Shown here one piece after another: positions 48,621 through 61,496 of a stretch of 64,000 nucleotides of DNA. Source of the stretch: Massalongia carnosa (Eukaryota); assembly GCA_965645245.1 (NCBI GenBank), contig OZ287067.1, forward strand, positions 620,001-684,000, read 5' to 3'. A program made the position numbers and the translations under genes. Positions within the stretch are counted from its first letter, which is position 1. The number at the start of each line of letters is the position of its first letter. The notes beneath the pieces are model-generated. The model ran no database searches and was not told the origin of the DNA. It was given only the letters and a program-made list of their open reading frames with translations.

Positions 48621-50168
48621 ACGCCATTTCTGAATCCATCAAGCCCGAAGAGCGAAAGAGGGGCTGACTTACAATAACCCCTTCTTTGGTTTCTAAATCC
48701 GAATTTTCGTGCTTTCCACATGATGCCGACTCGAGAGATGATGAACGCCGTTTGCTAAAAATTCACGGACATACCCTTTGTTCAAATTATCTTCACACAT
48801 AATCGGTTAGAAAAGATGTGGCATGCATATTCAAACCGCGCTCGTGAGATTCCCAAACTATACGGCAACGTATTCCAGCACAGTTGTTTTGCTTCACATA
48901 TGCGAGCTGTTAGTGCTATGGTCTTTGCCTGTTGTATCATCGCCTCCTTTTGCGCAACCAACGACTCATCACTTGCGACACGATGATTTCCATTGCAGCA
49001 AATACGATCATCCAGAGGAATCAAACCTGACCGTGTGTTGCCTGGTAAGGGCGCATCGAGAGAGAACATCTCTCTGCATTTCTCGCATGATGAATGCCTT
49101 AGCCAGTGGGCTCGGCTCCACACGAAGTCTTTTTCGCACACTCTCTTAGGGCGCGTTCCGCGTCTAGTTGGCCATTTGAAACCTTGCGGGGCCTGTTTTC
49201 TTTCCTGTCCGGGTACCGATGCCTTCCGGGCGTCGGGAAGATATATGAGTGGATATTCCTTTTACACTCGCCATTCCTCGACAGAACCGGCCAAGTTATA
49301 CATAAACGACCAAGACACGAACTGATGATAGTCTCCTACGGGTCTCTTTTTTCCACTATCATCCAGAACTCAAAGCAATCAAGTTCGATAACCTTACCAT
49401 CCATCTGGGAGATCAAAAACAACATTGTCGTCCCCAAAGCGTTTCCATCTGTACTCTTTGTCCCTCCCTTCCTCCCCTCTGTGCTTTCGAAACACGATGA
49501 TAGAAAAGCGATACATCGACGCACATACATACAAAAACACACACGCATACACATATACACACACTCTCTCTCTCTCTTAGTCACCTAACCTCATGACATG
49601 CCTGCTCACCCACCACGAATAACTCACAGGTCCACTCCATTCCACCTCTTTTTTCTTTCTTTTTCAAAGCCCCCCACTATTTTGAAAAACAGAAAAAGAA
49701 ATAACCCAAACTCAACCACACATAACCCCCTTCCTCTCCCTATCCGCTTCCCTCATCACGCCCAATCTACATCTCACCACCAAGTCCACTTACTACCTAC
49801 CTATCTATCCTACCTACATAGATAGCTCGACCCCTCTCAGGCGGGTTTCCCCCGGGGGGGAAGAGGGGGGTCAAGCCGCCCCTTAATGAACGAGTGAGTA
49901 ATTTATTTAATTAATTAGGTAAAGCGATTAAATGATGGACTGATTGTCTTGACTTGGATTGGCTTGGCTTAACTAAATTTTGGCTGCGAAGGAAAGGGGG
50001 GAATATCCGGGGAGATGGTAGATGTTAGCTTGGCTGGGTTGCGTTGGCTGGGTTGCATTGCTTGTTTGTTGATTGGTGGATGGATGGATGGATTGGTAGA
50101 TAGATTTATACATTGTAATGAATTTTACGAATAAATGAGGAGAAGAAGAGGGAAAAGGGAATGGGACT

Positions 50169-50205
50169 GGAACGGAACGGAACGGAACGGAACGGAACGG
50201 AACGG
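50169..50205. repeat. Microsatellite (GGAAC)x7
   Basis: Read directly. Confidence 0.9.
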
Positions 50206-50377
50206 GGGAGGGGGGGGTTGGCAAGGGAGAGGGAGGGATTTTGGGGGTCAGGGACGAGGATATGTTGCATGTCGAGAATTTATTAATTGGTTGGGTTATT
50301 CAAAATTTCCCATTTCCGTTTATTTCCATTTCTACCAACCTAACCGCCCCTCTCCACCTCTCTTACTGAACCAGTTC

Positions 50378-52519
50378 TCACAGCCTCACCCCCTCTACCA
50401 AGTCCCCATCCCCCACCTCGCCACCGCCAACTACCCCCCCGGGACCATCGCCGCCCATAAACTGGCCCAAACAGCCAGCGCTTGCGGCGACGAAGCCCAA
50501 GTACGGCTTGCTGGGCCGCAGCACGCGGCTCAGATACTCGGGGTGGAACTGCACGCCGACAAACCAAGGATGGTCGCGCAGCTCGAGGATCTCCATGCGT
50601 TCGCCTGTGTCGTCCTTGCCGACGAAGGCGAGGCCGTGCGAGGCTAAGGTGGCGACGTAGGCCGGGTTGACTTCGTAGCGGTGGCGGTGGCGCTCCGAGA
50701 TGATGAGAGGGGGTTCTGCCAGGCTGTCGGGGACGCCGTTGGGAAGAACATGGCGATGATGATGATGATGATGATGGGTTCGGTCGGGGCGGGGGAGGGA
50801 AGAGGGATCTTGGGCGTAGAGGGCGCGGAGTTGGCTCCATTCGGTCTTGGGCTGGAAGTGGGTAGGGCGCAGGCCAAGGCGCATTGTTCCGCCGAGGGTG
50901 GTACGGTCGATTTCCGGCATGAAAATGATAACCGGGTCGACGGTGGTGGCGTCTAGTTCGATGGAGGCTGCCGTGGGGATGTTGCAAACGTTGCGCGCGA
51001 ATTCGATGACGGCAATTTGCATCCCGAGGCAGATGCCCAGGTAAGGGATTTTATTCTTGCGAGCCCAGCTGGCAGCCTTGATCATGCCCTCAGTGCCGCG
51101 AGCGCCGAACCCGCCGGGGACGAGAACGCCTTGCGCGGTGCAGAGTTCATGCCAGGCTTTATGGAATTCCGCCGGGGATTTGGCTTGTGTAGGGTCTTCC
51201 AGATGGGAGGCATCGACCCAGATGAGATTGAGCTTCCGAGAACATGCCATGGCGGCGTGTTCGAGCGACTTGATAACGGAAAGATAGGAGTCGTGAAGAT
51301 TAGTGTATTTACCAACCAGCACAATAGAAACAGATTGATAGAGATGCTCTTGTGACGTTGTCAGTGCTTTCCACGAACTCCACGTTTGCTTCCCCTTTTG
51401 TATTAGCTGTGGTGAAATGGCGAGGGTGTTAAGCTGGAGGATATCGCCGAGAAGGGGAATGAGGCCTTGAGTTTCCAGTAGTAGCGGGACATGATATGTA
51501 GATGAAACATCGTGCACAGCAACAACTTGGCTTGACTCGACTTGACAGAACTGGGCAACCTTGTCCGTGGTGGTTCTCTCTAGGGGTACGGCGCACCGAC
51601 ATGCAATCTGCTCATTGTCAGCTGGGCAGCACGAGTTGTACCGGAAAGATAATACTGACAAGATCCGGGCTCAAACCAGCGCTCCGTACATCACGTATAG
51701 CTTGTTGCGTGGGTTTTGTCTTCTGCTCTCCCCCAACCACTGGGATTAAGGAGACATGTATCTGTAGGAAATTGCCCTTCCCGGCTCTCCTTCTTAATTG
51801 TCGCATAGCCTCGATCAAGGGCCCACTCTCGATATCACCAACGGTCCCCCCAAGCTCAATGATACAAGCATCTGGTTCTTCGTTTGTATCATCAACAGGG
51901 ATCCTTGCAACGCGCTCGATCCAATCCTGCACGGCATCTGTAAGATGGGGGACAACCTGGACGGTGCGACCCAGATAGTCTCCTCTCCGCTCGCGCTCAA
52001 TGACGTGCTGATATATTTTCCCAGTCGTAATGTTGTTTTCTCGAGTTAGAGTGATGTTCAAGTAACGCTCATAGTTTCCAAGGTCTAGATCGACTTCCCC
52101 CCCATCATCTAGGACAAACACCTCGCCATGTCTATGCGCCTCTTAGCTCTGGACGCTTTGTAGATCGCCACCTCTCCAGATAAGCCTACTCTGTGGGTGC
52201 CATTGTTCCCGCATCAACGTTCATATATGGGTCGATCTTGATCGAAGTAACGTGCGGTGAGTGTTAGCCATTGTTTCTTTTATTAGAAGAGCTGTAGGCA
52301 ACATATCTTCAATCCAATAGTCTTAAGCAACAACCCAGTAGAAGAGGCTATTCATTCACGTCAGAAAAATCCGAGCTGGCTGCTGGTAGTGGATTCTTCA
52401 AAGTGTAAATACCAATCACGCCCTTCCCAATACCACTTATCACACCTAGAGGTCGTTAGCACCGTGCGATTCACTCATGAAGACTCAACAGTACCTCCAG
52501 ACACGAGAACGTATTTCAT
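50378..52519 (-). CDS. URA7: CTP synthase
   Basis: [58 protein letters not shown] and QFHPE; 5 introns, the third AT-AC (52306-52252). Confidence 0.97.
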
Positions 52520-52921
52520 GATGACGGCAGACCTATTTTCTGCAGCAAATGGTGCCGTTCCTGGCAGAAGCCAGGGGGAAGGAAAGAAAAAAGGATCTGT
52601 GGTGGGCGGCCATTTTATATGTGCTTCAACATCCCTGCGAACAGTATGTATGCACAACAATTCAAAGCCGGACTACGGAGTAAAGTGATGGCAATTCTCA
52701 TTCATCCTCATGTGTTTCCAATGTGTCCCCAGTGTGAATCTAGGATATGTACGGATAAGGTCTCAAGTGCTAGTCGCCTATTTGCTCAAATATCTAAGCT
52801 GACCTAGGCTGAGCCAAGGCGAGGTGCTCATCCAGCTACCACTTATGAATATGAGAACCCCCACTTGTAAATAAGCATTTCAACTACTGAGAGCACCAAC
52901 ATTGCTTTCCACAGCCTACAC

Positions 52922-55900
52922 TCATCTCCATCTTCCTGCCTCCCTTTCGCTTTCTACTCTGGTAGCTCTTGCCTCACTACTTTCTTCATCTTCGTATTTG
53001 TAGCTCACCCGCCTGGCTGTGGGTCCCGCTCGGCCCTCAACCTTACTATCTCTCTTCGTCCCGGTGGAGCCCTTACCTTCCATTGCCTCTCTTCTCTGTA
53101 GTTCCTTTAGTAGTCGTTCTCTATTGCGAGCTTCGCGTTCAAGTGTGTGATGGTCCGTCTCGGCCTTTTTGGGCGCATTTTTTGAAATCTCATCAGATCT
53201 CTCCTGAGTTTTTGAGTTTAGATCGACGCTAGAGCTCTTGTCTGCTTCGTCACGTGGTGCATGTTTGATATGACTGGCGTTCTCCTTATTGTCAATTTCA
53301 TCTGAAAACCCCTGCTTCGACCTTTTCCGTTCACGATAACGTTCATCGTCATCTCTGTCCCGCCGTTTACGAGACGAATGTGAGGAATCGTCATGCTTAT
53401 CCTTACGACGGCTATCGGTAGGGCTTGAAGGCTCATTCCCTTCCGACCGCTTCGTCCTATTCATGTCGCCGCCAACGGATCTTGAGCGCCTCCTGATGCT
53501 ACGTGACTCTCCATCCCGATCTCGACTTCGTTCCCGTTGTGAACGGTGAGAACGGTGGCTGCCCCGGCCTGCTTCTTTCTCTTTCTCATGGTCTCGATGA
53601 CTTCGATGTGAGGATCTCCTAGAAGAAGATTCAACTGATCTTTCTCTTGAATGCGCGTCTTTAGAGTCCTGGGGTTTACCATTGTCGATGACTTCATGGT
53701 GACGAGCATGACGACGGTGGCGCTCACGTCTTTTCTCATGATCGCTATCTTTCGAGCTGCTTTTAGAGCGATGGCGGTGAGTACGGTGGTGATGATGAAG
53801 CGGAGATCGGGAGCGAGCAGGTGAAGGGCTACGATGGCTGTTAATAAGGACACTGGTTGATGAAAGGCTTTAAGCATATCTACACACCTTCTAGATCTGG
53901 CACGCCCGTTCGGACGGCCTTGAGTCGCACTAGATGCACGGCCAATGATTGAAAACCCTCTACCACCTCTCATGCCTGTATTGGGCAAGCCTTCTCTCAA
54001 GGCTTTGGGGGCTTTGGGTGCGCCTTCAACGCCTAATCCTTTCGGTTCAATGGGTACAGTTAATGCAATATCCGCTGCTGGTACGGTTGGTACAGAGGAT
54101 GAAGGGACAACAGCGGTATTGGGATTAATGCTCGCGCTACGACCACGGAGGCCACCGCGATAGTCAGAACTCCCCTTGTAGAACCCACGTCCTCCACCTC
54201 GGCCTCGCAAGCCAAAGTCCTGCAGATGGTCCGCTGAATAAAGTGCTGCTGGTCCAAGGGGTATTGCAGGAGCTGGAGGGGGCATCATTACGGATGGGGC
54301 CATCATTGAATCGCTAACTTGGCTAACCTCTGGCTCTTTGGTATCGCTAGACACAAAAGTCTCAATAGGCGCTGGCTTGTTTTCCTTCTCTAACAGAAGG
54401 TTTTTGTCTGATTCCAGCTCTTCATTTTCCTTCATGATAGCTTTGAGAGGCTCTATGGGTGTGCTAGCGTCGTCCTCACCATTGGAAGGGTTGATTGGGG
54501 GAACTGTGCCATTATCATCGGCTGCATCATCTGCATCTCCTGGTTCCAACTCCTTCGCGAGCTGCTCGTCTTCTGCATGCCCCATGTTTGTCTTCGCATC
54601 AGAGGCTAGATGGGAAACATCAGCGGCTTGCTTCGGTTGTTCTTGGCCATTTTGCGCCTCCGACGATGGTGGCCGGAGAGAGGAATCTTGCTGGGCCAGC
54701 TGCTGTGGTATTTGATGATGAAAAGGCTCATAGTTAGCTTGATTACTTGGGGTTACCTGATGAAAGCCGCCCCGACCGCGGCTTGCATTCTGATAACCAC
54801 GCCCTCGACCACGACCTCGATTGTAAAAACCAGGGCCATTGTATCCACTCTGGAAATCATTATTCTGGTATTGATGGTGATGCATCTGGTTGAAGTTTCC
54901 TTGATGCTGTGGCATATTATATCCACCATATCCAGCAGCAGCCCCAAAATCACCACCCATACCGGTAGCACCATAAGCATTTTGATTGAATTTATCTTGT
55001 CCTGCGTTCCATGCTGCGGGTTGCCCATTGAACCCTCCAAATGCACTTTGCCCTGCATTGAAGCCCATACCAACATTCATGCTATTCATGCCCATCCCCT
55101 GCCCACCAAATCCACCGTACATACCCTGAGACAAGATCATTGGATCCATCCCAATTCCTGGCATACCTATGGATGCATGGTCAGCGGCACATACATGAAA
55201 GGTGAATGTTCATTGCTTAGAATCCTTACCCATTATGTTTGGCAAGGCTCCTAAGGAGCTAGCCTGCATGCCATTGGGCATGAACTGCATCATTTGGCTG
55301 AAGTCCCCAGCCCCGTTGAAACCCATGTTAGGGAATCCACCATTTGTTGACCCATCGAAGCCAAAACTACCATTGCTCATCACTGTTCCAGGCACATTGT
55401 TTGCTCCCCACTGCTCATGCCCAGCCAAAGGTTGTTGGGTATTTTGTTGATCCACGCTAGTCTTCTCTTGCCCTCCCTTCACGTCAGAAATGCTATTTTG
55501 AACGATCCCGTTCGGGACATCTCCGCTCCCAGACTATGTATGCGTTAGAACATTGCTACCACGATCGCAAGATATATTTACTTCTATAGAAGGCCTTGGG
55601 ATGTCCATCTGATCTACGCTAGATATATTCGCATCTTGGAATACAGAAGCCGAAACGTGAGAAACCTTATTTCCGTCTGTCATACCTTCGGTATTACCTG
55701 CAGATGACGTTGCAGAAGCTTCTGCTTCTGGGAGAACAGGCGTTGTTTCCGCCTGAGGTGATGCCGGTATGGCTGGGGTGGCCGCAACCTTCTCTAGCGC
55801 CTCTTTTTTTCGAGCTGCTTCTCTCTCTATACCCTTCTTTCTAAGAAATACCTTGATGGTGGTACGAAGTGCTTTATTTGGTCTACAGTCATCTGCCTTG

Positions 55901-56194
55901 ACCGGCTCATGCAAGCAAACTGGGCAAGCTTGAGGAAGTGAAGATTGACCTTTTTTTCATTAGCTTTTGGAAAACAGGCATTCTGGGCTAGAACATGATG
56001 CTTACAATCTTCACAGATAGATTGATCGCAGCAAGGCATACGAAACGCATTGTTTGCAAGCTGGTTACAAGCCGCACAACGTAGCTTCACCGGAATTTCA
56101 TCCATAGTGAGTGATCTGTTATGGTAGGGTGAGTTCCGTAGAGAGAGAAAAGTAGACAGCATACTCACGCTGCAATGTCGACCGGCGTAGCCAT
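52922..56194 (-). CDS. N-terminal RING-like zinc finger protein with RGG and RS/charged low-complexity regions (putative RNA-processing factor)
   Basis: CAAC..MPCCDQSICEDC..CPVC, RGRGRGRG repeats and an Arg/Ser/His-rich tail; 5 GT-AG introns join the ORFs in frame. Confidence 0.7.
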
Positions 56195-56992
56195 CGTGAG
56201 CAGATCCGGATTACGACCAGGACCGCGCTTGTTTGAGATTGAGCGGAAGCTTCAGACCTAAGAAAGAGAGGGAAGTTATGGGTTAAGCAAAGATATCCTT
56301 GTGGCTGAACGACGCTGTCCGAACCGTCATTGAGCACCTAGATTGAATTGTATAAAGAGTGAAGAAAATGAGTGTTTAAAGACTGACGTATATTATCAAT
56401 GGTCGACGTCTTAAAATGTGAAGTTAACGTTTCATGATTCAAATTTACAAGTGATACAATGCGAAATGGGCGTTAACGTTGGAACAATTTCGCGATGAAG
56501 CTTTCCCTTTTCGGGCCGATGACTCCTCCGGAACTAACTAACTTAAGCTAGAAAGCTATTGTACGCGAGAAAGCATCCTCAGCGGTGATCTTTAAGTTTT
56601 ACAGCAAAATGTGGAGCATATGCATCGATTTAGCCAGAAGGCAAGACAGGTAGTATTTTTCCATGCTAATAAAACCACAATAGAGTCTCTACTCTTCATT
56701 CAGTCTTCTTTTCCCATGATTACTATACTTTTACTTTCACTTCACTTTGCTCGGCTCCTGTTGAAGTTATCAGCGTTTTCACTCATCCAGGCAACATTTA
56801 TCCAAAGATTATAAAATCAGATGGGTGAATCTGGTAGCATTTCAATTTTTCACTCCAAGATATGGCAGGACCCCAATACTGTCTGCTAGACATCATTTCT
56901 GGAACTCGTAATCTGGAAGACTTCTTTGTTAAAGTGGTTGCTCTGCCATTCCTTCAATTATAGATGCTTCGATATGGCGTCGTTCGATATAA

Positions 56993-58340
56993 TGATTGGT
57001 TCTTGTACCGATCTGACACCGGCCGAAGGCCGGCCCATGCGGGCTATCTACTTATTCTTACAGGGAAAACCTTTTAAAGGGATAAAAACCATGCAGACTG
57101 CGCCATTATCCCAAACGTGTTCCGTTTCTGGACTGCATTCTTCGCTCGATGTTCTGTGAAATCCTTGACAAAATGAGAGTTATCACTCGTATAACAGTTG
57201 CGATGCTAGTGAAAATTGGGTCAGCAAATTTGCTTTTATTATCCATGTGGTTAGTTTTTTCAACATTTTCGACGAGCTCATGATCGTTCGATAGTCGTTG
57301 GTGCCTATTTGTTTTAGCACTTCGTATCTGCCGTCGATTAGCCTGCAATGTAGAATGATGTGTTTGGCTGTCTGCTTCTGCCATCCGCACGAGCAGGCCG
57401 GGGTCATAACGCCCGGTGCCCGACGATTGAACAGGAAGTTTGCCAAGCCTATTTTTCGGTGCGGATTTGCGTGGTTAGCGCGCTTTCCGCTTTCATCAGG
57501 TTGTTGTGAATCTTCAGTCTCGTCCTATTGAGAGATCCCAACTGTGCCTCTGTCGGGCGGGGAATGCGGTTCTGGTACGTCTTCCATTTGGAGTCCCAGC
57601 GTTCCTTGATGCGTTCTGTGGTGGCCTTTGTGTGTTTCTCTATGGTATGTCGTGTCGTGGTGCATTTTTCGAGGTGCGCCAGGTCGGGTGTGGACCAGGG
57701 CGGGGGTGATGGGGGCATTGTGACTGGTGCCTCGTTATTCAACATTTTGCTGGCCCATTCGTATTTCAATTCTCCTAGGGTGAGGTGTTGCGTTCTTTTG
57801 CGTCCTGCCTTACCCCGTAGCTTGTTCGCTATTGTGTTGCAGGCTTTGGAAATCAGTTTCGCCTGCCCTGCGGCCCGTAGACGATACCTTGCTTTTATCT
57901 GTAGATTGTCCAGATGCAACTCCATGGGGGCGATGAACGTTTCCGCTTCGAGAACTTCGACGGGTGTTGCCTTGAACGCCCCTGTCACGGTGCGTAAGCA
58001 TTTGTTCTGCATGACGCTGAGTTTGGATGTCGTGGCCTTGATTTTCTTGATTTCCCTGGGTGTGTGCCACACGGTGCTTCCATAAGTCATTGCCGGGCGA
58101 ACGACGGCGGTGTAAACCTGCCGGGCCTTCGCGAAAGAAGCTCCCCAGGTGGATGTCGAAATTTTGTGAGCGCCAGCGACTGCGACGTCATCTTTTCCTG
58201 TGTTTTCCGTATGTGGGCTCCCCATTTCAATTTGGTGTCGATTTGGAGGCCCAGAACTCGTATGTCCGTTTTCGGTTCTATTAGGTTGTTTTCTATTTGA
58301 ATAGTAGCCGACATGTCGAATTTCTTTGGATTTTGGATTT
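56993..58340 (-). mobile_element. 5'-truncated non-LTR retrotransposon (Tad1-like LINE) with 16-bp TSD
   Basis: RT C-terminal motifs RVLGLQIDTKLKWGAHI, QVYTAVVRPAMTYGS and TVTGAFKATP; CCHC motif CSCGWQKQTAKHIILHC; GCGTCGTTCGATATAA duplicated at 56977-56992 and 58341-58356; two -1 frameshifts. Confidence 0.92.
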
Positions 58341-59763
58341 GCGTCGTTCGATATAACTTACTTGCAGGAAATCAATTGATTGAGCTTAGCTATGCAGTGC
58401 TATTCATATTTATCTTGTGAATTTGTTGTAGGATACACGACCCGTCATAGACGCTTGATATGGCAGTTTGCTTATTGTCATGCAAGCCAAATCTTCACTA
58501 CTGTCTAAATAGCTATGATATGGTTCTTATCACTTTTCTCCTTTAGTAGGCTTCCCCAATAGGCTTGAGCTAATTTTATTGGAGATTTTCTCGGCATGGT
58601 ACTGTCTTCTGTGGGAAATCAGGTCCTATAAACCTTTCACATTTACTCTTAAATTACTCTATAGTATCAGAGGCCGCTTCTCCAGCTCATACCGAGCAGG
58701 TCGAATCTGAATATAGTTCCGTCGGCGCTATTGCCGCAGAGCCATCGCGTCTATGCATCGAGGGAGATTTCACAGGTGAGACAATGCTTTTGAGTCAGCC
58801 GCTTTACTACACAGAAGTGGGCCATGGTAGGATGCGCCTTGGGTACTTCACCTTGATTTCGTTTAACCAACTCGTATTGGCAGCAGAAATCGAAGCATTC
58901 TAAGTGATTATCTTGATGTTGGCGTTCTCCCATGATACGAGCGACAACAGTGTTAACAGAAGCTGATATTAAATAGCCTAGATGTTGCGCTAGATGTGTA
59001 AGGGCACGAACTGGTGACTAAGTGAACATCCTGTTGCTGGATCTGGTCCTATTACATGGGTCTGGGGAAGTATTCTCCTGAGAAATGGAATTTAATTAAC
59101 TACTTGGGAACAGACCTCGGGAGGGTAGTGTAAGAGAAAAGCCCGGAGCGAGTCAGGCTTAGCATGTGGCAACGCTATTTCTTTTTGATACCCAAGCAAT
59201 GAGGCCGAGGGTGTTGAAGGATCTTTACAAAAAGGATAAACAAACTCTATGAGTATGTCAAGCTTGGGAAGGGGATACTAAAACTCACTATTGGCTTTGC
59301 CGCCTTTTCGCCTTTCCTCCAAGTATTTTACAGCAACTGTACTGCAGCCGGCCTATTAAATAAGTAATCGTTTATCATCTCAACATATTCGTCTTGTTGC
59401 TTCGTTATTTTTGCTCAATAAATATTTATGATACAATAAGCACCAAGCGTTCATTGAAGTAACATTATTTCCATCATTTTCATAATCACGTTCGAATACA
59501 AGTCTTTGAGGAAGGGTTATCAGACTGCCACAGATATTTCGATAGGAGACGGCGATAATTGAATTTGGGCTTACTATCTAATCTTGTCGTAGCCCCAAAC
59601 GCCATGTGACGTCAGAGCTTGAATTCTGCTCTCATCCCGTATTTTGTTCCTGACCTAAGAACTGTCATTTTACTTTGTATCGAAAAGTATCCACATATTG
59701 GATTTAAGAGATTCTGTTCACTCATGTCTTGTCGATAGCTCTTGAACGTTGGACCTTCGTCCA

Positions 59764-60939
59764 ATGGCGGTAACAGGGACTGAAGGCCGTGGCCCTCCGA
59801 AAGGTGCTATCGAGCTCTACTCCCCGTCATATTTCGCGGCTTGCGCGTTGGGTGGCATGGTATCATGCGGCCCCACCCATACTAGTAACTATCCGAAGCA
59901 TTGGCTCTCTTATATCATCAACTAGCTAATGAAACGATAGCCGTTACGCCACTGGATCTTGTGGGTCTTCATCCTCACGGAAGGATCACCCTTAGCTGCT
60001 CCACATCTCTATAACAGCTGCTAAGTAGCTATGCTTCCAGGTCAAATGTCGGCGTCAAGTCGATCTTAAAATCTATAGTTCAAATCTGTCTGCATGGCGA
60101 AGCATATATGCCAAGGAGGGCATTCGCGGCGTCTTTTTTGGATGGTCTCCTACATTCATCGGCTATTCCTTCCAGGGAGCTGGCAAATACGGGTTTTACG
60201 AAGTATTCAAGCATCTTTATGGGGATAAGATATTTCCGAATATGAACAAAACTGTAGTCTATTTAGGGGCTTCTGCATCGGCAGAATTTCTTGCGGATGT
60301 CGCTCTTTGCCCCTTTGAGGGCATCAAAGTAAGGATGCAGACATCAATACCTCCATATGCTAGTACTCTCAGAGAGGGATGGAAGAAGGTCACTGCAAAA
60401 GAAGGTATATCTGGCTTATACAGGGGGCTCTATCCACTTTGGGGTCGCCAAATACCTTACACAATGGTCAAATTCGCAACTTTTGAAACAACAGTTAACT
60501 ACATTTACGCTACCTTGGGTAAACCAAAAGAAAGCTACAACGTGTTGCAGCAGACAGGGGTATCATTTTTGGGAGGTTACATTGCTGGTATTGGGTGCGC
60601 TGTGATTAGCCATCCAGCCGATGTAATGGTAAGTAAATTGAACGCTGATAGACAACGTAAGTTCACAATGCCACGTCGTTAATTTAGTGGGATAATGAAT
60701 AATGAATAATATAGCTGGGGAAAGTGGTGGTAAAGCAATGTCAAGAATTTATGGAAATATCGGGTTCAGGGGTCTATGGAATGGATTGCCTGTCAGAATT
60801 GTTATGGTTTGTAGTCTTAATCTTCCTAGTCAAACTCCTGCTAACATGTCTAAAGATTGGAACATTGACGGCCTTTCAATGGCTAATCTATGACAGCTTC
60901 AAAGTCTCCCTGGGTCTTCCTACTACTGGTGGTCATTGA
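59764..60939 (+). CDS. PIC2: Mitochondrial phosphate (and copper) carrier, Pic2-type
   Basis: [42 protein letters not shown] and [12 protein letters not shown]; 4 introns. Confidence 0.85.
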
Positions 60940-61496
60940 GTAAGGACCTCTGGATACCATTGTTTTGCGGTGTGAACATCGGGGCACAATTGAGGGTGCT
61001 CAAGGTTTCAACGCATTTGTAAATAAATATAACATGATATTTATATGCGCATTGACAAGGCGCTCTCCAAGCAATCATGTGAGGCTTGAAGTTGAATTTG
61101 ATGTTGATAGAACATTTATGAAACCTAAAGATAAGGCAGATATCGTTAAGCTACATCGAATGGCTAAAGCCAAAGGACTACATCTTAATGCTGCACAAAT
61201 ATCAAGTGCAGCTCTCCTAGATTTGTGGAGGGGCTCCTATTTCCTTATCTCCGACTATGCAGCTAAAGATCTAAAAATGGGGTTTGGAGCCTCGTTATCG
61301 AGGAGGCATAGAGCTCATTCCGGAACATTTTGCGAATTTGGTGTCCATTTCCATTACTCTGGTTCAAAAGAGTCTTTCCCAGAATTTTGTGGAGTAACAG
61401 TGGTAAACGCGCGTTAATTTAAGCGACAATTGTGGCGTCAACAATTATCAGAGAAATCTCACATCTCCATTTTCAGCTTGACCATTTATCACGGCA

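Noticed and set aside
48782..50340. ORFs and a GC-rich hairpin between velC and URA7
   Set aside because: Low-complexity UTR or terminator sequence with no protein-like features; the hairpin arises from C- and G-runs.
52252..52306. U12 (minor spliceosome) classification of the AT-AC intron
   Set aside because: It lacks the ATATCCT donor and TCCTTAAC branch consensus; its signals are U2-type.
56716..56965. Possible decayed gene interrupted by the LINE
   Set aside because: Short hydrophobic ORF fragments with several stops and no recognisable family; not supportable without a homology search.
60965..61417. 150-aa ORF between PIC2 and CCT8
   Set aside because: Non-ATG start, no recognisable motif, and it occupies the expected 3' UTR and promoter space.
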